From an uncultured Clostridia bacterium (lineage in GTDB: Bacteria; Bacillota; Clostridia; TANB77; CAG-508), in NCBI GenBank assembly GCA_947628845.1, contig CANRBK010000001.1, positions 1 through 56,046 on the forward strand: a stretch of DNA of 56,046 nt, in the 5' to 3' direction. The translations under genes were made by a program, and so were the position numbers. Shown in pieces: positions 45,039 through 52,902 of the stretch; position 1 is the stretch's first letter, and each line of letters begins with the position of its first letter. The notes under the pieces are model-generated. The model was not told where the DNA came from. It saw only the letters and a list, made by a program, of their open reading frames with translations, and made no database searches.

Positions 45039-45441
45039 ATATAGTGAAGCAGCAACACAAGTATTAGATATATTAAATTATACAAGACAAGAAGATGTAA
45101 AAAAAATTCCACAAAGTTTTATAAAGTTTTTAAATAATATTTCAAATAAACAGGATACCCCAAAATTTAATCATGAGTATACAATAAGTGCATTAAACCT
45201 AACAAAGAGAACCAAAGAACTTTTAGGTTTTATGTATATTACTTGGTGGTGTAATGAAAGTGAAAGAAAAAAATATAAAAGTATAATACACTCTAATAGT
45301 ATAAAGACAGAAAAAATTACAGATTATAATGCAAATGATATACTTAATAAAAAAATAGAAAAGAAACCTAATATAACTAATAATACATTAGAAACCTCTA
45401 TCATTGAAGACAAGAAAGAAAATTTATTTAAAAAATTATAA
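45025..45441 (+). CDS. Hypothetical 138-aa protein (overlaps the upstream stop by 14 nt)
   Basis: AAGAGG lies 8 nt before the ATG at 45025, preferred over the caller's GTG at 45016. No motif was recognised beyond IPQSFIKFLNN...LLGFMYITWWCNESE. Confidence 0.5.
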   Translation: MKEVEYSEAATQVLDILNYTRQEDVKKIPQSFIKFLNNISNKQDTPKFNHEYTISALNLTKRTKELLGFMYITWWCNESERKKYKSIIHSNSIKTEKITDYNANDILNKKIEKKPNITNNTLETSIIEDKKENLFKKL

Positions 45442-45479
45442 AATTTCTTTGCAAATAAAAATGAAAGGGGTAAGATATA

Positions 45480-45842
45480 ATGATAAACAAAGAATTAATT
45501 GAGTTGCAAAAAGGTTGCAATGCTACTTGTGTTGTAATTCAAAATGAGGATATAAAAGAACTAGAATCAAATATTTTAGTGAACTCAACTTACAATATAA
45601 ATGATTTAATTAAAATTTTTAAAGAAAATATAAGTAGTAAAAAATATGATTATTTTGTAATAGAAGAAATTGATAAAATAAATTCAAATGAGCAAGATAA
45701 ATACTACCAAATTATCAAAGATAGAGAATTTTGTGGATATAGATTACCAGAAGATATAATCATTGTTCTTACAGTAAAAAGTAAAGAAACTTTAAAGAAT
45801 ATATCACAAAAACTTTATAATCTTTGCGTTGTTGCTTTTTAA
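45480..45842 (+). CDS. Hypothetical 120-aa protein resembling a P-loop-less fragment of an AAA core
   Basis: AAGGGG RBS. YDYFVIEEIDKINSNEQDKYYQIIKDREF...LPEDIIIVLTVKS has Walker-B/sensor-1-like spacing, but there is no GxxGxGK. Confidence 0.45.
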   Translation: MINKELIELQKGCNATCVVIQNEDIKELESNILVNSTYNINDLIKIFKENISSKKYDYFVIEEIDKINSNEQDKYYQIIKDREFCGYRLPEDIIIVLTVKSKETLKNISQKLYNLCVVAF

Positions 45843-45867
45843 GGTTTGAAGAAAGGAAGTGCCGCGA

Positions 45868-47241
45868 ATGGATGCTAGTATGATTTATGATATAAAAATA
45901 AAAATGCTAACGAAGTATCCTAGATTTGGAAGTGAAATAGCAAAAGCAAATATTGAATTCAAAAATGATTTACCTTACCATACTGTAGCAACTGATGGAC
46001 AAAATATCTATATTGATCCAAATTATTTTGCAAGTTTAAGTGAAAGTGATAGATTATTTACATTAGCACACGAAATAATGCACATGAAATTTTTACACGC
46101 TTTTAGATTAAAAGATAAAGAGGGTAAAATAAGGGATTTAGAATTATGGAATATAGCAACAGATGCTATTATAAATGCAAATCTAGAAAGAGATGGATTT
46201 ACAATTAAAAAAGGAGATGTAAATATACCAGAAGCATTAAATTATTCAGCAGAAGAATTTTATCAAATTTTATTACAAGAAAAAGAAAAGAAAAAACAAG
46301 AGCAACAACAAAGCCAAAATGGTGATGAACAAAATCAAGAAGAAAATGGGCAGACATCTAGACAAGGTGATGACCATAGCTTATGGGAACAAGCATTTAA
46401 AAATAGAGAACAAAATAAAAAGCAAGGTGAAAAAAAACAAAAAACTCAAAGAGATTCAAAAGAAGAACAGACGCCAGTAGAAGAACAAGAAATGGGACTT
46501 GATGAAAAAGATGAATTTACAGAAAATAGAAAAGAAAAAAGGGAGAAATTTAAAGCAAGACGTAAAAAAACAGAGCAAGACATAAGGGAAAAACCAGAGC
46601 AAGACATAAGGGAAAAAACTGGTGAAGCAATAAAATTAGATAACATAGGAGAAAGCAAAGAAGAAATTGATTGGAAAGTTCTAATACGAAGGGAAGTAGA
46701 AAAGACCGAAACAATATGGAGTCAAAGAAGATCAATTGCAGAAAATAATTATGCTTATAGATTAGAAGAAAATGACATTGAAGATGATGCTGAAACAGAA
46801 ATTATGATTGATGTTTCTGGATCTGTAGAATTAGATTTAGTTAAGGCTTTTTTAAGACAAATAAAACCATTATTAAAGCAATCTAAATTAAGAGTTGGAT
46901 GCTTTGATGTAAATTTTTTTGACTTTATAAATATTAAAAATATGAAGGATATAGATAATTTTACTATACCAGAAGGAGCAGGAGGATATACAGATTTAGA
47001 TTTACCAGTTAGATGTTTTACAAAAAAAAGAGAAATAAATAAAATAGTATTTACTGATGGCTACCCAAGTTTTGATAAGATGCCAAAAGAAGATTTGAAA
47101 AAAGAAAATATTATTTGGCTTGTATATGGAAATAAGGATTTCAAGCCCTGTTGTGGTAAAGTTATAAATATTACAGAAAGACAACTAGAACAGTTACATT
47201 TAATTAATACAGACTTTTCAATGGAAGATATAAGTAGATAA
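45868..47241 (+). CDS. DUF2201-type putative metallopeptidase domain plus VWA-like domain protein (MoxR partner)
   Basis: AAGGAAG lies 8 nt before the ATG at 45868, preferred over the GTG at 45859. HEIMH sits in LFTLAHEIMHMKFLH. WNIATDAIINANL follows, then a K/E/Q-rich linker. The C-terminal segment EIMIDVSGSV...VFTDGY is the VWA-like (MIDAS-type D-x-S-G-S) pattern. Confidence 0.7.
   Translation: MDASMIYDIKIKMLTKYPRFGSEIAKANIEFKNDLPYHTVATDGQNIYIDPNYFASLSESDRLFTLAHEIMHMKFLHAFRLKDKEGKIRDLELWNIATDAIINANLERDGFTIKKGDVNIPEALNYSAEEFYQILLQEKEKKKQEQQQSQNGDEQNQEENGQTSRQGDDHSLWEQAFKNREQNKKQGEKKQKTQRDSKEEQTPVEEQEMGLDEKDEFTENRKEKREKFKARRKKTEQDIREKPEQDIREKTGEAIKLDNIGESKEEIDWKVLIRREVEKTETIWSQRRSIAENNYAYRLEENDIEDDAETEIMIDVSGSVELDLVKAFLRQIKPLLKQSKLRVGCFDVNFFDFINIKNMKDIDNFTIPEGAGGYTDLDLPVRCFTKKREINKIVFTDGYPSFDKMPKEDLKKENIIWLVYGNKDFKPCCGKVINITERQLEQLHLINTDFSMEDISR
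46571..46618 (+). repeat. 24-bp tandem duplication (23/24 identical) in the low-complexity linker
   Basis: cagagcaagacataagggaaaaac / cagagcaagacataagggaaaaaa encodes EQDIREKP EQDIREKT. Confidence 0.9.
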
Positions 47242-47266
47242 AGTACCTAAATGGTGCTTTATTTTT
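47240..47266 (+). terminator. Hairpin terminator
   Basis: aaagtacc-taaat-ggtgcttt (one G-U pair) followed by atttttaa. Confidence 0.45.
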
Positions 47267-47352
47267 AATGATATTAAAAAATTATATTCAAAAAATTCAC
47301 AGATAGTGATATAATTGTGGAAAATATTATATAAATAGAAAGGAAATAAAAA

Positions 47353-47892
47353 ATGAAAGCATTAGTTATATCAGATATACATGGATCAGGGTATTATGCA
47401 CAAAAAATAAAAGAAATAAATGAAAGAGAAAAACCAGACAAAATAATAGTGCTAGGAGATTTATATTATCATGGACCAAGAAATGATTTGACGCAAGAAT
47501 ATTCACCTATGAAAGTAGCACAAATTTTAAATTCTTTAAAAGAAAAGTTATTAGTAGTTAAAGGGAATTGTGATGCAGAAGTAGACCAGATGATATCAGA
47601 ATTCGAATTTCAAGACCATATACTAATGGAAATAAACGAAAAAAAAATTTATTTTACACATGGGCATAAATATAATATAGAAAAAATTCCTTACGAAGAT
47701 TTTGATATAATGATATATGGACATATACATCAAGGTTTTATAGAAGAAAAAGAAGGATATATATTTGCAAATCCAGGTTCAATATCACTTCCTAAATGTA
47801 ATACAGAACATAGTTATATAATATTAGAACCTAATAAAATCATATTGAAAAGTGTTAATGGAGAAGTATTACAAAAACTTTCCTTGCCATAA
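47353..47892 (+). CDS. YfcE/MJ0936-type metallophosphoesterase
   Basis: Signatures in order: ISDIHG, GDLYYHGPRN, KGNCD, THGH, GHIH. Confidence 0.8.
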   Translation: MKALVISDIHGSGYYAQKIKEINEREKPDKIIVLGDLYYHGPRNDLTQEYSPMKVAQILNSLKEKLLVVKGNCDAEVDQMISEFEFQDHILMEINEKKIYFTHGHKYNIEKIPYEDFDIMIYGHIHQGFIEEKEGYIFANPGSISLPKCNTEHSYIILEPNKIILKSVNGEVLQKLSLP

Positions 47893-48777
47893 ATCTTGTT
47901 CTTTTAAAATTTTATCAAATCCATTTAAAACCCATTTTTTATGAATGTTCCAGTCAGGAGCTATAAGCAAATCCTTTGGTGCATCAGCAGAAATTCTATG
48001 AATTACAATATTAGGAGAAATATGAGTAATAATATATGTAAGGCAATTTAAATAATATTCTAATGATATAGGTTCATATTCTCCTTTAAAGTATAGGTCG
48101 GCCAAGATAGTATTTTTAATAACATAAGTAGAATGAATTTTTATACCTTGAATATCATGCATATTTATAAAATTAACAATATTTTTTATATCTTCAAAGG
48201 TTTCATTAGGAAGCCCAACCATAATATGCACAACTACATCAATTTGATATTTATTTAAAAGTTCAACAGCCTTAGTAAATTGAATATTGGTATATCCTCT
48301 ATTTATAAATCTGCCAATATTTTCGTTAGAAGTTTGTAATCCTAATTCAACACATACATAATATTTATCAGTATAAGATTTTAATAATTTAACAATGTCT
48401 TCATTTATACAATCAGGACGTGTAGCCACTTCTAATCCAACAATTCTATCATCAATTAAAGCAGAATCATATTTTGATTTTAGATTTTCAATAGTATCAT
48501 AAGTATTAGTAAAATTTTGAAAGTAAGCTATAAATTTATTGGCACGTTTACTTTTGTAACTTGAAAAATAGTCAGTTACTTGTTTACTGATACTTTCATT
48601 ATATTTTATTAAATCTCCAGCTCCTTTTTGACTGCAAAAAATACAGCCACCTGTACTAATAGTTCCATCTCTATTAGGACATGTAAAGCCACCATCAATA
48701 CATATTTTTAAAGTCCTTTCTCCAAACTTTTCCTTTAAATATTTGTTTAAATGTTTATATCTTTCTTTATATTCCAT
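47869..48777 (-). CDS. Radical SAM protein, TIGR01212 (YhcC-like) family
   Basis: CPNRDGTISTGGCIFCS cluster near the N-terminus and a TIM-barrel-type layout (GLQTSNE...). Confidence 0.75.
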   Translation of the reverse strand: MEYKERYKHLNKYLKEKFGERTLKICIDGGFTCPNRDGTISTGGCIFCSQKGAGDLIKYNESISKQVTDYFSSYKSKRANKFIAYFQNFTNTYDTIENLKSKYDSALIDDRIVGLEVATRPDCINEDIVKLLKSYTDKYYVCVELGLQTSNENIGRFINRGYTNIQFTKAVELLNKYQIDVVVHIMVGLPNETFEDIKNIVNFINMHDIQGIKIHSTYVIKNTILADLYFKGEYEPISLEYYLNCLTYIITHISPNIVIHRISADAPKDLLIAPDWNIHKKWVLNGFDKILKEQDLWQGKFL

Positions 48778-48910
48778 AGTGAAAATAGTATAGCAAAAAT
48801 TAGTATAAAAATCAAATATTGTAATATTGTTATTATAGGTGTATACTATATTAGCAAATAATTTGGAAAGGAGATGCCAAATAAATAATATATATTTGGT
48901 GCAAAATAAG

Positions 48911-49537
48911 ATGGAAGAATGTAGAACAAAAAATTTATATAACTTAGAAGAAACAATAGCAAAAGATATATTTAAAGGAGTAACATATCCATGGGAAGTG
49001 CTTCCAAAGATAGGAGATTATATTATAAAATTAGGGAATACTCTAAGTGAAGAAGAATATGAAAAAGTAGGAGAGGATATATGGATTGCAAAGTCAGCAA
49101 CAATATCACCTACTGCATATATAAAAGGGCCAACAATAATTGATAAAAATGCAGAAGTAAGACATTGTGCATTTATAAGAGGAAAAGCCATTGTAGGAGA
49201 AGGAGCTGTTGTTGGAAATTCTACAGAATTAAAAAATGTAATATTATTTAATAAGGTTCAAGTACCACATTACAATTATGTAGGAGATTCAATATTAGGA
49301 TATAAATCACACATGGGAGCAGGTTCTATAACATCAAATGTAAAATCAGATAAAAAGCTCGTAGTTGTAAAAGATGATACGGAGAAAATAGAAACAGGAC
49401 TAAAAAAATTTGGAGCAATGATAGGTGATGAAGTAGAAGTAGGATGTGGATCAATATTAAATCCAGGAGCGATAATACGGAAGAAATTCAAATATTTATC
49501 CGTTATCATCAGTAAGAAAGGTAGTTCCAGCAAATAG
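48911..49537 (+). CDS. Left-handed beta-helix (hexapeptide-repeat, GlmU C-terminal-like) transferase; C-terminus apparently frameshifted at 49478
   Basis: Hexapeptide turns include IIDKNAEVRHCAFIRGKAIVGEGAVVGNSTELKNVILFNKVQV...IGDEVEVGCGSILNPGAII. The start at 48911 (MEECRTKNLYNLEETIAK) was chosen over the caller's 48839, on weak evidence. See the frameshift finding. Confidence 0.6.
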   Translation: MEECRTKNLYNLEETIAKDIFKGVTYPWEVLPKIGDYIIKLGNTLSEEEYEKVGEDIWIAKSATISPTAYIKGPTIIDKNAEVRHCAFIRGKAIVGEGAVVGNSTELKNVILFNKVQVPHYNYVGDSILGYKSHMGAGSITSNVKSDKKLVVVKDDTEKIETGLKKFGAMIGDEVEVGCGSILNPGAIIRKKFKYLSVIISKKGSSSK

Positions 49538-49586
49538 TATATACAAAAATCAAAATGAAATTGTTGAAAAATTTTAGGGGGAAAAT

Positions 49587-50207
49587 ATGAAAGTAATTTT
49601 AGTAAATGGTAGTCCAAATAAACAAGGCTGTACTTACACAGCTTTAACAGAAGTTAAGAAAACATTAGAAAAAAATGGGATAGAAACAGAAGAATTTTGG
49701 ATAGGAAATAAGCCAACAGCAGGTTGTATAGGATGTGGAAATTGTTTAGAAACAGGAAAGTGCTTTGTTGATGATAATGTAAATGAGTTTTTAGAAAAAG
49801 TGCCAAATGTAGATGGCTTTGTTTTTGGAACACCAGTACATTTTGCTTCTGGAAGCGGAATGATAACATCATTTATGGATAGAATATTTTATGGAAGAAG
49901 AAATTTATTTAAAAACAAATTAGCAGCATGTGTAGTAAGTTGCAGGAGAGGTGGAGCAACATCAACATTTGACCAAATAAATAAATATTTTGCCATGAAT
50001 AATATGCCAATTGTAACTTCACAATATTGGAATATGGTACATGGAAGCAAGCCAGAAGATGTTTTAAAAGACGAAGAAGGAATGCAAACTATGAGAACTC
50101 TTGGAAATAATATGGCATGGCTATTGAAATGTATAGAAGTAGGTAAGCAAGCAGGAATAAAAGAACCAGAAAATGAAAAAGTAATATTTACTAATTTTAT
50201 AAAATAA
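49587..50207 (+). CDS. Flavodoxin-fold NAD(P)H-dependent FMN reductase / iron-sulfur flavoprotein-like
   Basis: MKVILVNGSPNKQGCTY N-terminus and the Cys cluster CIGCGNCLETGKC. Confidence 0.65.
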   Translation: MKVILVNGSPNKQGCTYTALTEVKKTLEKNGIETEEFWIGNKPTAGCIGCGNCLETGKCFVDDNVNEFLEKVPNVDGFVFGTPVHFASGSGMITSFMDRIFYGRRNLFKNKLAACVVSCRRGGATSTFDQINKYFAMNNMPIVTSQYWNMVHGSKPEDVLKDEEGMQTMRTLGNNMAWLLKCIEVGKQAGIKEPENEKVIFTNFIK

Positions 50208-50219
50208 GAGGTAATAAAA

Positions 50220-51386
50220 ATGGAATACAAATATTTACTAGATATAGGACTAATAATTTTAGTAGTTAAAATATTTACAATAATAACACAAAAGATAAAG
50301 ATGCCTAAAGTATTAGGAGGACTAATTGCAGGTATAGTATTAGGACCAGCAATGCTAAATATTGTACAGAATAGTACAATATTAGAAGCATTATCTAAAT
50401 TTGGAATTATTTTAATTATGTTCTTGGCTGGAATGGAAACTAGTATTAAAAAATTTATGGCAAATAGTAATAAATATATAGTAATAGCAGTTATAGGAGT
50501 AATAGTTCCATTAATTTTAGGAACATTATTTAGCTTGATATATGTACAAGATTTAAAAACAAATTTATTTTTTGGAGCAGTTATAACAGCAACATCAGTT
50601 AGTATAACAGTAGAAGCATTGATAGAAATGAAAAAAATAAAATCTAGTGTAGGCTTAACAATATTAGGTGCCGGAGTTGTTGATGATGTAATAGGAATAA
50701 TATTCTTAACGATAATAATGAATAGTGGAAATCTACATATATCAACATTTATATTTATGATTTTGAAGATAATATTATTCTTTGGAATTGCTACAATTTC
50801 AGGACTATTATTATTTAAAGTTTTTGAAAAGATAGAAAGAAAAGATGTAAAAACAGAACAGATGCCAACATATTCAATAGCATTTGCATTAATATTAGCA
50901 TATATTGCTGAAAGACTAGGAGTAAGTGGAATAATAGGAGCCTATATAGCAGGACTAGTTATAGGAAATACTGAAAAAGGAAGAAAAGTAAAAGGAAAGA
51001 TAGATTTAGTAGTACATATGATATTTTCACCAATATTTTTTGCCAGTGTAGGATTAAATTTAACAACACTAAACTTCAGCAGACCTGTGTGGATATTTAT
51101 AATAATATTTACAGCAGTTACAATATTAAGTAAAGTAATAGGAAATGGATTAGGGGCTAAACTATGTGGGTATTCTAATGATAAAGCTATTCAAATTGGT
51201 ATAGGAATGGCTACAAGAGGAGAAGTAGCACTTATTATGGCAAATGAGGCCAAAAAGTTAGAATTAATAAATGAAGAAGCATTTTCAATTGTATTAATAA
51301 CAATATTATTAGTAACATTGATTACACCAATATTACTACATTATAGTTTTGAGAAAAAGAATATAGTTGAAGGAGAAAATGTATGA
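50220..51386 (+). CDS. Cation:proton antiporter (CPA2/NapA-KefB-like membrane domain)
   Basis: About 12 hydrophobic segments, with LGGLIAGIVLGP, FLAGMET, ATSVSIT and GVVDDVIGI motifs. Confidence 0.8.
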   Translation: MEYKYLLDIGLIILVVKIFTIITQKIKMPKVLGGLIAGIVLGPAMLNIVQNSTILEALSKFGIILIMFLAGMETSIKKFMANSNKYIVIAVIGVIVPLILGTLFSLIYVQDLKTNLFFGAVITATSVSITVEALIEMKKIKSSVGLTILGAGVVDDVIGIIFLTIIMNSGNLHISTFIFMILKIILFFGIATISGLLLFKVFEKIERKDVKTEQMPTYSIAFALILAYIAERLGVSGIIGAYIAGLVIGNTEKGRKVKGKIDLVVHMIFSPIFFASVGLNLTTLNFSRPVWIFIIIFTAVTILSKVIGNGLGAKLCGYSNDKAIQIGIGMATRGEVALIMANEAKKLELINEEAFSIVLITILLVTLITPILLHYSFEKKNIVEGENV

Positions 51387-52276
51387 ATTTAAAAACAATA
51401 TTTTTTAATGCAACAGATGGAGTAGAACTTAAAGGACTAATGTACAAAACACAGAGAAGTACACAAAAAGTTCTAATATCAATACATGGAATGGCAACAA
51501 ATTGTATAAAAAAAAGAGATGAAAAAATAGCAGAAAAAGTAAATGAATTAAATATTGATTTTTTTACATTTAATAATAGAGGACATGACTTAGTAAATTA
51601 TATCAAAAAAAGTAATGCAGAAAGAGAAGAATTGGCAGGAACAGCTTATGAAGAAATATCAGAATGTTATGAAGATATTTTAGGAGCAATATATTATGCA
51701 ATAAAGAATGATTATAATGAGATATATTTAATGGGACATAGTTTAGGATCAACAAAAACAATATATGCTTATAATAAAATTTTAAAAGAAAATAAGGATG
51801 TAATAGAAAAAATAAAAAGTGTAATTTTACTATCATTAGTAGATATACCATTGGCTACAAAAATTTATTTACAAGATAAATTCCCATCAATGGTGACCTA
51901 TGCGAAAAATATGAAGAAGGAAAATATGGAATACAATTTAATGCCAGAAAATAGTTTTATACATCCTATTAGCGTTAAGAATTTTTTAAGATATGCTGTA
52001 TATAATGAAGATATTGATTTTGCAAGATTTTCTGATAGTTCATATAACTTTGAACAAATAAATAATATACAAGTACCACTATTTATGAGATGGGGAAATG
52101 ACAAAGAACTGATATTACAAACAGCAGATGATCTATGTAAATTTTTGAATAGCAAAATAAAAAATTCTAAATTAGATATAGGATATATAGACGGAGCAAA
52201 TCATAATTATTCAAAAAAAGAAGAAATTTTGGCTGACGAAATAAAAACTTTTTTATTAAAATTTGATAAAAACTAA
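51383..52276 (+). CDS. Alpha/beta-fold hydrolase
   Basis: ATGA start/stop overlap with the antiporter gene. The nucleophile elbow is GHSLGS, with the upstream oxyanion-type segment ISIHGM. Confidence 0.6.
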   Translation: MNLKTIFFNATDGVELKGLMYKTQRSTQKVLISIHGMATNCIKKRDEKIAEKVNELNIDFFTFNNRGHDLVNYIKKSNAEREELAGTAYEEISECYEDILGAIYYAIKNDYNEIYLMGHSLGSTKTIYAYNKILKENKDVIEKIKSVILLSLVDIPLATKIYLQDKFPSMVTYAKNMKKENMEYNLMPENSFIHPISVKNFLRYAVYNEDIDFARFSDSSYNFEQINNIQVPLFMRWGNDKELILQTADDLCKFLNSKIKNSKLDIGYIDGANHNYSKKEEILADEIKTFLLKFDKN

Positions 52277-52403
52277 AGTCGAATAATAAAGAAAAAAGTC
52301 TAATTTTATAAAAAAATAATTATATTTGTCAAAAATTGCGATGAAAAATCCTTGCAAATGATAAAAATTAGTAGTAAGATAGTACATGTTGTGACTAAAA
52401 ACC

Positions 52404-52742
52404 ATGAAAAGGGGGATTTTTTTGAAAACATTTTTTGGAGGTATATTTATAGAAAGAGAAAAATTAGAGGAAGCAGGAATAAACCATCCAATAAAATTAG
52501 AATATTACAAACAAATAAATGAAGAAGATGTGAACTATTATGATAAAGCAAGATATGGTATACAAATAGTGAAAACAGAATATTTAAAAGATGATGTAAA
52601 AGTAGAAACAAAACATATAAAATATGTAACAAATGATGAACTAGAAGAAAACAATATTTTGAATATTTTTAAAGATAGTCAAGTTACTCCAGTAAATTGT
52701 GAAGAAATACTTTCGGATTTACTTAGGAAAAAATTCTTATAA
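52404..52742 (+). CDS. Hypothetical small protein
   Basis: This is the only ORF of size in the gap. The start is uncertain and no motif was recognised. Confidence 0.35.
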   Translation: MKRGIFLKTFFGGIFIEREKLEEAGINHPIKLEYYKQINEEDVNYYDKARYGIQIVKTEYLKDDVKVETKHIKYVTNDELEENNILNIFKDSQVTPVNCEEILSDLLRKKFL

Positions 52743-52902
52743 GAGAGAACCTGAATATATAAAAATCAGGAATTCTCTTTCTTATTTATACCTAATTTAA
52801 AATTATTTATAATACTATTTAATATTTTATGATAAAAAACTTGCAAAATTAAAAAAAATGTTCTAGAATACAAAGAGTACAAAAAAATTCTAAGGAGGAT
52901 TT

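Noticed and set aside
47869-47892. A 24-nt overlap of the convergent phosphoesterase and radical-SAM genes.
   Set aside because: A short 3'-3' overlap is common in compact genomes. No hairpin or other signal lies within it, so it is not considered functionally notable.
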